DNA of 63,536 bases, filler included, from Sphacelaria rigidula (lineage: Eukaryota): the NCBI GenBank assembly GCA_964200075.2. It is 6 parts of 6 records of this genome, joined end to end, with 100 filler letters (N's around TTAATTAATTAA, not from the genome) between each part and the next. Parts side by side here need not be neighbours in the genome. Positions count along the whole stretch, not along the records: positions 21,217 to 31,723 come from CAXNAA020006372.1; positions 31,824 to 42,329 come from CAXNAA020006373.1; 4 more parts are not named here. One strand, written 5' to 3'. Below are positions 25,030 to 38,179 of this stretch, piece by piece. The notes below the pieces were generated by a model. It saw only the letters and a list, made by a program, of their open reading frames with translations, had not been told where the DNA came from and searched no databases. Every line of letters starts with the position of its first letter. The stretch's first letter is position 1. The position numbers and the translations under genes were made by a program.

Positions 25030-26360
25030 TATACTGAAAAATATCCATGACTCAATGATCTTACTGCCATCGCCGTATCTTCGTTTACTCCTCTTGTATA
25101 ATCCTAAAACGAATGTCCCTTCTCTCCGCATCGCATGCAGTGTTGTTCCGGACAGTCACGCGCGCAGAGCGTTGTTTACTTCCGACAAATCCAACACTGC
25201 CTCTCCTTTACAGAACCATTGTCACCCCTATCAGGTTTCGAACCCCCCGTATTTTTCTGAGGTCTCTTCAAATTTCCTTGTTCGACTCCCCTCGCCACTA
25301 TTCACGGGGGTCCTGGCCAGTTTCCTGTGTCATACACGGAAACATTTCCCGTCTGTCATGTAAGGCGCTTATGAAAGCTGCGGCACTGCGTTGTGTTAGG
25401 ATATCAACATCACTAAACAACGGCGACTTTTCATCCCTACCGTCAAACTTCCCATCGACACGAAAATATTTTTTCACGCTGAGATGAGGGTAGGATGCCT
25501 GGGAGTCCCCGTAAATACTCACATGGGTTGATCCATCGTACACGGATCCTTGAAGAGGGCCTGATCCATTATCTCCTCCGTATGGTAACCGGACCTTTCC
25601 TCTTCCGGCACCGGCGACGGTGTGCTTACCGGCGTCTGACTCTCCCTCCGCGTCCGCTGCCGCTCCAGGGCCAGTGGACGATGTCCCGTGCACTAATTGT
25701 GACATCATCATCCCCAGCTCCACCAGCTGCTCGGTAATTCCCGTCACCGATCCTTGTAAGCTAGCGACATTCCCCTTCACTTCTGCTATTTCCGTCGGAG
25801 ACGACGTGCTTCCCATGAAAGCCGAGTGTGTCTCCGCGGGGGTGATCCAGTCTGCCATCTTCACTTGGGCCACAGAGCTCCCAACTTGGGTATGGCTCTA
25901 CAGTGTTTGTAATATCGTGACCCCCGTGAGAGAATGTGCAGACTCGACTGCGATAGTCGATCAGTGGACACCACTGTGATAGTCGACCAGTAGAAATGGC
26001 TGACTGCCGATCAGGATGTGGCACAATGTAGACTTAGCTTCGTTGGATGAAAAGGAAAGGAGAGAGAGAGAGAGTGAGATCGTAAGGGGCTACGGTCTTA
26101 AGATTGCAAACAAACGCACTCACGTACGTCCAGTCACTACCATCGCAGTATACAGTCATCCCGCGTAGTATCCGGAACTCAAACAGGTATGTCACTAGAC
26201 TTCTGTACCCTATCCTGACAAGGTGTACCTTACTAACCATCCTGGCCATCCCACGAATATAGACTTGTTACGTTATTTTCGCAATGCATAAATACGTGTG
26301 TCGGGCGAAGCCCCCCACCCTACTTTGTGGAGCATAGGTTTTGTAGGGTTCATCCCGACA
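25030..26360 (-). mobile_element. Probable second LTR-retrotransposon remnant (gag-like ORF 25298-25873 plus upstream LTR-like segment)
   Basis: The ORF has a coiled-coil-like N-terminus, then KFDGRDEKSPLF, resembling copia gag starts. On the minus strand TGTCGGGATG begins at 26360, with CATCCTGA near 26010. Confidence 0.4.
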
Positions 26361-27135
26361 TAGCGTGCATTTGCCCTGAGCGAACGTCAATGAAAAGAGC
26401 TGTTGGATTTGAGTCCATGCGTTTGAGTTTGTGTGGAGGGGTTCTGCTCGGAAGGTAGGGTTTCCTCCTCACGTGTTTTTGCTTCACAAAGAGATCTTCA
26501 AGGACTAATTGGTGAGGTCCGGGGTGGTATTCCTCTGGTCAGATATAGTCAGCAGGATCTCCGTATCATAATGAGACCGGGGTGATGTATGACTCCTGAG
26601 CATCACGAGTGTGGATGTGGGACAGTACCGTAGTCACGGCACCACGGGACTCTATCCTCGATCACTCTCTGATATATTTCTTCTATACTGCACTCCCAAG
26701 TTGTAGTATTACTTGAATGACTCCCAAAACCGATACAAGCCATCTATCCTGTGCCTGAGCCAACGAATACACTCGGCGACAACTGCTGACTACGTGGTTT
26801 GATATTAGAGTTCCTCTAAGGAACAAAGCTTTCCCCGAGCCCGAGAGGCCTTACCATGTTGATCAACAGCTACGGCTCGATTCATGTATTGGCAACGAGG
26901 TCCGAAGCTGATGCTAGTCTGTGCCTCGGGTGCAAGTTGTGTGACAGGCGAGAACGGCAGTGGTTGGTATGGCGTTGCTGGGTTTTGTCCCTTTCGAACA
27001 AAAGTTCGCAAGGAAGGTCCCCTTACAAATCATTGTTTATGGACAGAACACTTGCGAGCAGGGGGAAAAACTCACAGGTCGGACGAGTCATTACTCGTTT
27101 AGGCGAGTGCACTCGTGGGTGTTTTTCCAAAACAC

Positions 27136-27553
27136 GACGAGCATGACTCGTGTGCTCGAGTCATTACTTTTTTCCACAACGAGCAATGACTCGAGTGCTT
27201 ACCCTATATTTGTTTTTCCACAACGAGCAATGACTCGAGTGCTTGCCCTATTTTTGTTTTTCCACAACGAGTAATGACCTGAGTGCTCGCCCTATTCATT
27301 TTTTCGCCAACGAGCAATGACTCGAGCGCTCGCCTTATTCATTTGTTCCCTCCAACGAGCAATGACTCGAGTGCTTTCCCTAGTATTTTTTTCCCCAACG
27401 AGTAATGACTCGAGTGCTCGCCCGACAACTTTTAGTCCACAATAAGCAATGACTCGAGCGCTCGTGCTCCAGTCATTTCCTTTTTTACGTGGTATGACTC
27501 GTTTGCTCGTTTGCTCGAGTCATCTATGTCTTCATCACGAGCAATGACTCGCT
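27136..27553. repeat. Tandem array of a ~44-bp unit with palindromic core (about 9 units)
   Basis: Unit ccacaacgagcaatgactcgagtgctcgccctattcatttgttt, period 43-45 bp. Confidence 0.92.
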
Positions 27554-28301
27554 TGCTTGTGTCGTTTCTGGACAACCCAAGGACCAATCGTCAATCACTG
27601 AAGTGATGGACGAGTGAGGCGCGAGACATGGTAGAAGCGTGGTGAACCAACGGTAGGATTTGGCAATATTGTGACCACTACAAATCGTACTAACATCTTT
27701 GGATGGTATGCTTGTGGCACTCTTCCCCACCATCGTGTGTTTGCGGCAGGTGTCCATTTGTGTTATTTTAAAGTGAAATGATCAGTAAGGCCCCTGCAGC
27801 ATCATTTTTACGAAAAAATAACATAGATGGACACTTACCGCAAACGCACGATCATGGGGAAATGGGTCTCAAGCGGAATACGTACCCCTTTTCAAATCGA
27901 CCATTGCTCTGCAAGAAAAATGGAGGCGCAGAGACCTACCTGGACGAGATAGCCGTGGCTCCATCCACCACAAAACCATTCAGTAAAATAAGCACCAACA
28001 GACATCTGTCAAGTTGTCTATATATCTTAGCTTTTTCTACCCCCGCCCCGGCCCCTGGGGTGTCCGCCCCTGACGGAACTACATCTCTCTCGTCTTCGGC
28101 TCCCGCGACAATGGATACACCCAAGTCGTCAAGTTCCGCCAGTCGCGCAGGCACATACTTGAACACCTGTGTTTACGGTTGACACTTGTACATGTGCAGA
28201 TATGCATATGAACTTGAAGATTCTTGGTTTAAGATCGTCAAAGAACTCATTATAACTGTTTGCTCGTCGGATTACTGGCTCCTCCACTCAAGTCGTTCAT
28301 C

Positions 28302-28655
28302 ACGAGCAATGACTCGAATGCTCGCCCAAATTTTGTTTTCGACAACGAGCAATGACTCCAGTGCTAGCCCTATTCATTTTTTCGACAACGAGCAATGACT
28401 CCAGTGCTCGTCCTATTCACTTATTTTAACAACGAGCAATCACTCGAGTGCTCGCCCTATTCATTTGTTTCCACAACGAGCAATCACTCGAGTGCTCGCC
28501 CCATTCATTTGTTTCCACAACGAGCAATCACTCGAGTGCTCGCCCTATTCATTTGTTTCCACAATGAGCAATCACTCGAGTGCTCGCCCTAATCATTTTT
28601 ACGCCCAACAAGCAGCCCAACGAGTAAGAGTGCCACGAGTCACACTCGTGCTCGT
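28302..28655. repeat. Second tandem array of the same ~44-bp unit (about 7 units)
   Basis: ccacaacgagcaatcactcgagtgctcgccctattcatttgttt is repeated, in the same orientation as the first array. Confidence 0.92.
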
Positions 28656-31600
28656 CCGACGTATGAAAAACTCTGAAGCTCTTCGGCGGGAGTGATATCA
28701 CGGCGACCAATGCAAATGTTTGTTGTTGGAGCTTAGTTTCTCGATCTTTCTGTTTTTTGTCGATGAGACTCGGCCTGAGAGCGTGGTTGATTCTGGCGCG
28801 TGCGCCATTCTCTTCAGGAGAGATCAGCCGGGAAAAGAAATGCACATTATTTCGTCGTTAGTGCGTTACGAGCTGAAGAGAGTCAACTACACCAAATGGC
28901 ATTACGAGTGGATACCGTATCCGCAGCACTTTCGGTTCACCAGTTAGTGCCCTCACACAATATGAGCTCTTCGACAACGTTGTTGTAGAGATGTATTGTA
29001 CCTCGATCGTTTTCCTTGGGGCATTGACATACGCCCTGACTTTAGTCCACTAATTCTTCTCTGCTTTCCTTCGTGATGTGGCTGCTGCCGTTTCTCCTCT
29101 CATCGTCTTCCGTTGTGGATGCCTCTAAATTCCTGCATGGTGTGTGTGTACCAGTAGATGAGCAAATGGATAATTTCATCTGATGATATGATTTTGAGTT
29201 ACTGGTGTGTCATTGCTCGAGCATTGTTACGAATTTTTGTCTTGATGTTGACGTTCTTGAGTGAGAGAGAGTACTACCTGATTTTTAACCAAATCAGTGA
29301 TGTACCCCAGAAGAATGATCTTTTCTCCACGTGGTTCCCTGTAAATCCTCGATCGTTCGACAGCGGGCCTGAATGATCAGGGTTGATGCGATGTTTGACG
29401 AAAATAGGGGGAAATTACACGCGATCCTATCAGTATCTGCGCAAGACTAACACGGATCGATACACTGAGGGTGCATTATGAACACTATCAGCCATTTGAA
29501 TGTTGTGTGGGTAGTCTACAGCTTGTTAATTTTGGCTCGTAACGCTGGTGAGCTCTTGACTTTTGGCTCCTTGTCCGTGCGTAGCACAGTGAGAGTGTGA
29601 CTCACCACCTGGTTGTATGGCCACTCTTGATCGCTTGGGCATACTTTGGTCTGTCTGAATCCTATACTTCCTCTGTGTCATACGTTCGGGTACCTAAATT
29701 TGTACGGGCCCTCAACCGTGTCCGATCTGTTTTGCGATATTATTGTTGAAATCTTCGGTGTTTTTCGAGAAAAAACTCTTTTTTTTCAGCCGGTGCTTGA
29801 ACCATGCGGCCGTACGACCGGAAATAATCAGTCGGCCCGAAAATGGCCGTAGATCACGACTTTTCCACAGGACTGCATGGCCATCGCAATGTCTACCGCC
29901 ATTGCGTGGCAGCCACCAACCGATATCTCGGCGCCCCATTTGCGAGGTGGGGGTGTGCTTGGGGGCGAGTCCATCGCTGGAATGATGTTGTAGTGGGCAC
30001 GTGGGGCTTTAAATTGAACGGTTTTGATATTGTTTCAAGATTTCTCAAGAATATTCTCAAAAATACTCTCAAGAATATTCTCAAAATAGGCCTAAGGTAG
30101 GGTATATTTGAACCCATTTGAGGTGAAGGAATATCATCCTGTTTTTTTCTCTTCTTCTAGCTTCGTCTTCCTTTTATCTTTTTAACGAACCCAACTATAC
30201 TATCCTCAAAAACACGATTGTACTCAGACAAGGTATTACCCATGGGCATCCTAACTTATGAGACGGACGAAGTATACAATTGATGTCCACGATTCTCGTT
30301 CGACTCGAGTGCATCCTGCAGTAATTCGGAAGCGAAATGAGCTTCATCCGGGACTACTGGGAGTGCATGGACACAGCATGGGTAGGTCCAAATTATTGAC
30401 GACAATCATGATTCTTTGCGCATCGATTGATTATTTCTGTCGCCGCTCATACTTGTTCTTTGCAACGTTTTCACATATTCATCACTGATCGTTATTTCTT
30501 CTCCTTTCTCAATAGGAGATGCTGAGGAGGAAGATGACGATCATTCAGAGAACGGCGACGGCTGAGCCGATTTCGACGAATACAGCTATCTTCAAGATAT
30601 TTGAACGTGCGTCGGTAGCGGTCAAATGGTGCTGGTATGCCAACTACACGCGCGTGTGTGTGCTTCTGCCCTTTTAAATACCGACGACCCCATTGTGTTG
30701 GGGCGTTAGGTGCTATGTAGCGCCTCCCACATCGTGTATCGTATTGCAGTCATATTTGAGAGCTATCGAAACTACCTGATGCAACCGTTGCACAGCGTCA
30801 GCTGCACCAGAAGTATGTGTGCATATTATTCAGTTTTGTAGATTATCCCATATGCTTTGACATTGGGTGTGAAAATCGTGTGCTTGATGTTTTCCTTTTT
30901 ATCATACATGACGTGTAGAATCTTCTTGCGGGGAAAACCTTGAACACAAGAGGCCGGTTTGTAGCGCCTGACAAGTAATCTTTGAAACCCAAGAAACCGA
31001 CGAGTGGGGGTGGTGTTCTGTTCCAGTGTAGTAGCTATCGATGGAGCGTGCGTATTGTTGTGTTGGTCTAGCGTTTCCCGCCCGTTACACCTTGAACCAC
31101 CTCCCGCCCCTCCCTTATACCGAGTCTCTTGTCTTGGGAGATCGAATCGTCTCTCTTGTGACACGTGCCTAAAATATTGGATTCGCGAATTAGATGGTGA
31201 GGTGGCTCTCGTCGAATAATTGCTGTGAGTATGTGAAGGTTGATATGCGTGTACGTGTACGGTGTACCTTTTGTCTTGCAATGCTGAGCGACTTGGCTGA
31301 CACATGGCCAGCATTGTCAAAACAGACACTCGGGTGTTTGAGGGTTTGAACGGCGGCCCCGAGTCAACCCAAAACAATTAAGTCGGGTCAAAGTGTGTAT
31401 CTAATCGTATTTCTGCTGAAGTCGTGCCAGGATTCCTTATTATATTGGACACAGTTGATGGGTATAGACAGATCAACAATACCTGGAAGCTGAATACGAC
31501 CAAAAATGGCTTGGACGATCAAGCATGTGCAAACTCCCACCAGAGGAAGACGTGTCCGAAGCAGGGACTAGCTACATCGCCACAAGCTGAAATTGGAACG

Positions 31601-31723
31601 CGTGCTCCCAAGGTGTCAGGACCACACCCTCAAAGCATCTGCAGATTGAAAAACCGAACTTGAAGATGCGCTGCTGCATGCAGAAAAGACACTTTCTACG
31701 ATAGCCCCCCCCTCAAAAGTGCA

Positions 31724-31823
31724 NNNNNNNNNNNNNNNNNNNNNNNNNNNNNNNNNNNNNNNNNNNNTTAATTAATTAANNNNNNNNNNNNNNNNNNNNN
31801 NNNNNNNNNNNNNNNNNNNNNNN
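31724..31823. other. Artificial contig linker
   Basis: N44-TTAATTAATTAA-N44. Confidence 0.97.
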
Positions 31824-31894
31824 TGTTGACCTTCCTCCTGTGTGACCCCGGCTGATGCACCCACATACACCCAAAGGTGTAGACTGGTGCCCAG

Positions 31895-32215
31895 TAGTTC
31901 GGGTACTCTGGAGTACCCAGTAGTTCGGGGAACCGGTACGTCGCCAGGTACTTCGGGAACTCGGGGTACTGAGTAGTTTACGAAGTACTGTACACCGAGT
32001 ACGACACCGAGTATGTCGGGGGGTGGCTACTCCGGGTACTCCGGATTTTTCAGTATTTTCGGCACTCAGTACTCCGGGTTCTCTGGAATACCCAATTTTT
32101 ACTGTATTCGGCACTCCAGGTACTCGGCGTACTGAGTATTTTACTCAGTGCGCACCGAGTACGACAACCAGTATTTGGGGTGTGGGTACTCCAGGTATTC
32201 TGGGGTACTGAGTAC
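31895..32215. repeat. GTACTC/GAGTAC-rich degenerate repeat
   Basis: Dense gtactccgg/gagtac motifs. A related stretch lies at about 60630-60730. Confidence 0.6.
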
Positions 32216-32837
32216 CACACCCCCTGAGGGACCGTGGAGGACCACCACTACTTTGGGTTGACATTTTCGTGCGGTCACGTCTTTAGACAAGGTCTGCCGC
32301 GGGCTGAAAATATCACGGGACAACGGACGGGACGGGATGTCCCATCCCGCTTGTCCATCGTTCTTCCAGGTGTAGCAGTCCCGCCCCTTCCCGTCCGTAC
32401 CTATTTGACAAATGTTACGTCCCGTTCCGAGTCCCACTCGACGATACCAATGCGTCCCGTCGTAAAATTTATGACAGGTTGTTAATATTCACGGGACGTA
32501 TCGCATGCTCTATCGGTATGTAATTGACAGAAATTTGGCGAATTTTCGATGTTCTGCGGTAACATGGACCGATGAGCAGTTAGTTTATCACACAGAAGAG
32601 ACGTCAAGCTCGGGACAGACGTCTACTCTACGGCTTCGCTGGGATCTGCACCTTGCCGTGTTCGCTTGCTCCACCTTGCTCCTGTAGATCCCCCCTACGT
32701 GTTAGATCCAACCTACTCGTACCGAGCGCCACGAGTCATATCTCGTTCCTCTACTCCCGACAAATCTCACTCACCTCACCACATGCCACACTTCGCCCCG
32801 CCCCTCCCCACCCGGTTCCCACCCTCTCTCGGAGCAG

Positions 32838-34157
32838 CTTGCTGGGAGCGAAGAAGCATATCGCAGCCTGCTAGAATTAGAATGGTCTCGGTTTTATGCT
32901 CTACCAAGAAGCACAAGGAGCCCGTTCTTCGTGTGCAGCGAACCGGGACGGAAGAATGCCAAGCGCCTTCGGGAGCTGGCGGGCGGGTCTCGTTACGTGC
33001 AGACGATGTCGCACAAGAAGGGACAGCCCCTGTGTTCGGTGGCGAGCCTCAACCGTTCCTCGGTGGAGCTCGTAGCGGCTGACGGTCGGGGCGGCGTCGG
33101 CGGTGGAGACAGGGGATTTTTTTCGCTGGAGCCATTCGCCCATCTCGCGAAGCTCGCACCCGCAGTCGTCGCTGACCCCATGCCATCAGCGCTGTTGCAG
33201 TCAGGGTATAATGATACAGTGTGGGAAGGGGAAAACGACGCCCCAGCGGCGGCCGGGAGCGGTGGGGATAGCCGACATCTTCGGGCAGGGAATTATAGTT
33301 TCAACGGAGAAGGTGAAATTAGAGAGGGCACATCGGCCGCCGCGGCTGCAGCACGGGCGTCGAGGCCAAGAACGCGGCGTCTCGTGGAGCACGCGCGAAC
33401 GGGTCTGGTCGACGCCATTGAGATCACCCTTGCGCCCCGACCATCATGGCAGCAGCGGGAGGCGGAGAGCTTGGCGAGGCGGTGGATGGCTCTCGCGGAT
33501 GACCAGGCTGCGCTGGCCAGGGTTCTGAAGCGGGATCATTTCTGGGGTCAGGAGCTTCAGCAGCACGACCATGGGCGATGGGCACAAGCTGCAGCTGGCG
33601 GTGATGATGCAGACGCAGCGCGGATGACACCTGTAGATGGTGCCGAAAGATACGCAACAAGTGCGGAAGATTCTCGAGAACCAGAAGGTGGCGAAATCGC
33701 AGTTCCTGTCGAGCGGCAGCCGGAGGCCGCGAGCAGTGCGGGCGGCGAACAGCAGCACCTGAAGTTGAACCGCGACTTGTCACACGAGGACAGGAAGAGG
33801 ATGGGGTGGGCCAATCTGCTGGAGCACGTGCACGACGGGCGGGGCGAGAGACAGTGGTCGCTGGGGCGGAACTGGGGCCGTCGGTCACCGGGATCGTGCG
33901 GTTTCGCGGCGGCGCGATACACGGTCGGCCCGAGTGGCAAAAAGATTTTGATACACAGGCCGCATGAGATCGGTGGAGGTAGGGCAGCAGGGAGTGATGA
34001 TGAGGATGACGGGTGCTTGACGGCGCTGTTGGCATACGTGTCGATGCAGCCGGAGGTGCACTACGTTACGGCGAGGCGTCGGAGCGCGACCATGAACCGG
34101 GAAGCTGCGTGGGTTGTTCAGTCCGGAGTCAGCGGATATTGGCCATTGTGGGCTGAG
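32838..34157 (+). CDS. S8 subtilase (Kp43/TagC-like), large internal exon encoding the N-terminal/pro region
   Basis: Acceptor cag|CTT after a pyrimidine tract. 440 open codons ending ...TMNREAAWVVQSG...WPLWAE. Donor GAG|gtaagt, phase 0 with the next exon. Confidence 0.85.
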
Positions 34158-34285
34158 GTAAGTCTCTTTGCTCTTCGGTAGAATTTCTGTTGCCCATCAG
34201 CCTTGCCTTCGACTGATGAATGACTCGGTTCGCGAAGGGTGCCCCTTGCTACAGGCTGGGCCGCCCAAGACGCGGACAGGAATGT

Positions 34286-34887
34286 GAACACGCGATTGTG
34301 CTGCTCAAGTTTGTGTCGTTTACCATGAAATTTTGACACGATGTACAGGACGTATGTGCGAAGACCCCATCATATCCCCCTCCCCCCTAATTTTTTGTTT
34401 CTTCTTGAGTTATCCACATGTTTTAGTTCCGAAAAACTATTCTGAAATGTCGAATCGCCAATAACTCACGGAGAAAAAAAATGCAGGGGGACAGGATGAT
34501 GGGGTATTCGTACATACGTCTTGTACATCGTGTCAAAATTTCATCGAAAATGGCCCAAAATCGAGCAGCACAATCGCGTGTTCGTATCGAAGACCGGTTC
34601 CTATGTGAGGATCGACCAGCCACGAAAAAAGAAAACGCGGTTATGCTGTTCAATTTCAAATCTTTTTCTACGAAATTTTGACACGATGTGCACGCGGTAT
34701 GTTGTAAAGACCGTATTGCCCCACCTTGACGTTTTTTTATTCGTTTGTAAGTTGTCGGACCTTTTGTTCCGGGAAAAAATGTTCCGAAATCTCGATCACT
34801 CTTCACTCACAAGGAAAAAAAAAATGAGGAGCGAAACGATAGGGGCTTCGCACATACCTCATGTACATCGTGTCATAATTTCATGGA
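34286..34887. mobile_element. Two tandem foldback (inverted-repeat) units in the subtilase intron
   Basis: gaacacgcgattgtgctgctc...aaattttgacacgatgtaca is mirrored at 34463-34583. A second diverged pair spans about 34673-34887. Confidence 0.75.
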
Positions 34888-36138
34888 TAACGACTCAGAA
34901 TTGACGGGCGCAACCGCGCTTTTCTGTCGGGAACCGGTTGACTTGCTTTTAGAGCACAACAATCTCAGCCGGAATTTTGACATTCTCTACAAGCTTTTTT
35001 CACCCACTGCTCACCGGTTCGCACACTACTACCGGACGCCTTGGCGCGCTGGAGGCCTCGTCTGCGTGCCATCTCACACACTGCGCGCCTACAGTACGAC
35101 ATGCATTGTTATACAATCACAACTTGTACAGCACCACCACTCTGCGGCCGCAGCACAACCAACTGTAACCGAAAATGCGATCTCAGCCGAGGTTTTTTGC
35201 CCTAATTCCGCCGCACATGTCACCCTCGACTCTCTACACTCCTCAGCTTACTGCAGTTTGGTATTTCGTTTGATGGGAACTTGTCAAATCGCAGTGCTAC
35301 GTTGGTCGAAAGATGCACTCTGATTTGCAGATCACCGCGATGTGACATAGTAGGCGTAACGCATGATATACCTTCACTTAGAACGGGCTGAAGGAAAGTC
35401 CGTTTCCTCAACGGCCCAGCCTCTATGCTATTTGCTGTCGCTGTTTTGGACCAACCGGAACCCTTGCCTTGTTCGAGAAACCGTGGAATGATTGAGAAAG
35501 CACGCGGAGCGATCACACACCAATGAAACACACAATTTTGTTTCCGCATAAATCGGATAGACAGACACGGGCAAATCTCGTGACCTTCGATAACGATCTA
35601 CCGTAAAGAGTACAGTGTACAGTTGTGCTACTCCAACTCATGTATAACTGCGGTCTATTGTTGAGCGCATCGTGGAGAACAATTCGCAGATAGCATTAAG
35701 CATACCGCGGTATCGCACACTACTGTGAGTACGGTGAGCCAGTACTGAAACGATCACTCAAACGCCATACTCCTCCAGTTCTGAGGTGTCTGTCAAAACT
35801 GCCCCGACCATACCAGGCAGTTTGTACGTGATACTTCCTGCTGGAATCCTCTGGTAGATGTCGAATACGAAGTCCGGGCACAAAACTCAATGTCCACGGT
35901 TGTTTATTCCAGCCACGTTGTGATCAAAGGTGGGAGTATGGACGTATGCACTTACCGTAGCTGACGAGTGATGGGTGGAGTACAAGGATTTGATTTGTCA
36001 CACATTCGACGTGTGCCATCCGTTTCTTTGTTGAACAGACAATTTCAGGTGAAACTCCTGGCAGCACTCAATACTCAGCATGGTTTACATGTATTTCCCG
36101 CGATGTTTTTCTTGCTCCTTGTCCTGCTTTGTGCGCAG

Positions 36139-36316
36139 AAAATACAAGGACAAGATGAGATCATCGGCGTGGCGGACACGGGACTGGACCTTAACCACTG
36201 TCAGTTCAGCGAGGATGATGGAGACTCCATCACCCCCAGTGATTGGGATGACCCGGTCAACGATTTAACCAAACGCAAGGTGGTGCAGTACATCGACTTC
36301 GTCGACGATTTTGATG
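36139..36316 (+). CDS. S8 subtilase exon with the catalytic Asp
   Basis: KIQGQDEIIGVADTGLD...RKVVQY, bounded by cag| and |gtgaga. Confidence 0.93.
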
Positions 36317-36668
36317 GTGAGAGCAAGCAAAGTTTCCACGATGCTTTGATCTCTGGACTTGTGTGACACGATGTGGTTGTGTGGTTCCCGCCCCACCCAT
36401 CGTACTCCCCCCCGCGCACACTTAGAACATCCTTCATTGCCGGGAAGTGCATGTACATATCATGCCGGCCCTTCGAGAATACAAGCAAAACAATGTAGCA
36501 AGAAGCGTTACCAGCCTTGTCACATAAGAAGACATTCGCCTCATGAAGCATCTGCCCGAAAATGATTACCGCACCCCCTAGAAGAAATGCTTCGATGATA
36601 GTCTACACGTACCGAGCCATGCCCCCCACGCTTCGCCATATGTGCCTACACCACCGACGGTTATGCAG

Positions 36669-36885
36669 AGGCAGCGGGGCACGGCACGCATGTCGCGGGG
36701 ACCCTTGCGGGGGCGGTGAGCGGCGGGATCGCGGGAGATGACGATGCTGACGGGATGGCTTTTCAAGCCAAGCTGGCCGTCTTCGACTTCGGTGACTCGG
36801 CCAACGATAACGCGTTGACCACGCCTGACGAGGTGGATACGATGATGCTGGCGCCGGCCTACGAGGCGGGAGCGAGAGTGCACAG
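36669..36885 (+). CDS. S8 subtilase exon with the catalytic His
   Basis: GHGTHVAGTLAG...GMAFQAKLAVFDFG...AYEAGARVH. Phases are consistent with both neighbours. Confidence 0.93.
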
Positions 36886-37159
36886 GTGTGTGAGAGTGAA
36901 TTTGGGTATAAGAGCGTGTGATTGCTGGATTCTGAACAACAGTGCTTAGTGGTAAGGTTAACGTCCCGACATAGTCAGGATCAGGCGTGATTGTGTGTGT
37001 GTGTGTGTTGTGTTACATGATGTCGGGTTGTGAGGTATAGTGCGGAGGTAGACGGATGTATCTTCAGGTCAATAGGTGAATCTGGAAAGTATTGGCGGTG
37101 GGAGGGAGATGGTTTCGATGCAATCTCGAGCCTTGCAGCAAAGTCCCTGATGAACTTTT

Positions 37160-37178
37160 GTCGTCGTCGTCGTCGTCG

Positions 37179-37216
<38 letters not shown>

Positions 37217-37232
37217 GCTGTTGCTGTTGCTG
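37160..37232. repeat. (GTC)n(GTT)n intronic microsatellite
   Basis: Directly visible. Confidence 0.92.
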
Positions 37233-37398
37233 TATGTGCGTGGTTCTGGTGAGCCGCCGCTTTGACGTTGCACTTTCCGCTGCCCTACATGTCTCTTCAT
37301 TTCTGTTCTGCGGGTGTCCGGTCATCAAAACTTTTGTCTACCTTTGCTACATCGTTTCGTGCGATTCATTTTTTGCCCCCCGAACCGACCACCGATAG

Positions 37399-37474
37399 TA
37401 ATTCCTGGGACACTGTGAGCACGGAGTACACAAGTCTCAGCGGCGAGGTGGACGAGTACGTCTATCTAAACCCG
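37399..37474 (+). CDS. S8 subtilase exon (SNSW motif)
   Basis: tag|T AAT TCC TGG gives SNSWDTVSTEYTSLSGEVDEYVYLNP. Donor |gtgaga. Confidence 0.88.
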
Positions 37475-37870
37475 GTGAGAGAAGCTAACCACGGAGCTCA
37501 TGAGTCAAGAGTACACAGCGAAACATTGAGGCACCAGGACGCCGCATTTCACCCTATTTCTAAAGGGATATCGATAGGCCATCCGGTCTCCAATTTTTCC
37601 GTGGCAGTCTGGGCAGAAACCTCTCACAGAAACCCGCCCCCGCCTACCATAGGTACGATATATATTTTTTTATGGCATGCTCACAGCTGTGCTGAGCGCA
37701 ACCATTCAAGTACGCCTCTAAGACTTATCCCGCTGCTGTGAAAATCCCCGGCGTGAGCTCCTCCTCCCTCCTCTGCCTACTCAACGTACCCAGTAGTGTT
37801 AGAACGTGTCCCCATTCTGCCCCTCCTCCCCTCCCTACCCCCCGTTACCCCTGGTACCCCTTACTGTCAG

Positions 37871-38179
37871 GATTATGTGGTGGTTTTCGCGGCGGGGAAC
37901 TGCGGGGACGACTCCGGTGATCTGAGCACCCAATGTGAGGGCATTACTGACGGCGAAGGCTCTGTGCTGTCCCCGGCCCAGGCTAAAAACGTGATCGCCG
38001 TGGGTTCGTCCCAGTCGGGGGGTTATGCTGACTCTGATATGGACACAGTCTCGTATTATTCTTCCAGGGGCCCCACGCTGGACGGACGCATCAAGCCAGA
38101 TATTGTTGCGCCAGGGGAACCCACGTGGTCGGCGGCGGCGGATCCTGACGGCAGCAGCTGCGAGTATGGTAGCCAGACG
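37871..38179 (+). CDS. S8 subtilase exon with the oxyanion Asn
   Basis: VVFAAGN...SPAQAKNVIAVGS...YSSRGPTLDGRIKPDIVAPG. Confidence 0.93.

Noticed and set aside
27136..28655. CRISPR array (regular ~44-bp period, palindromic repeat)
   Set aside because: The inter-core segments are homologous T-rich variants of one another, not unique spacers. No cas genes, and the context is eukaryotic.
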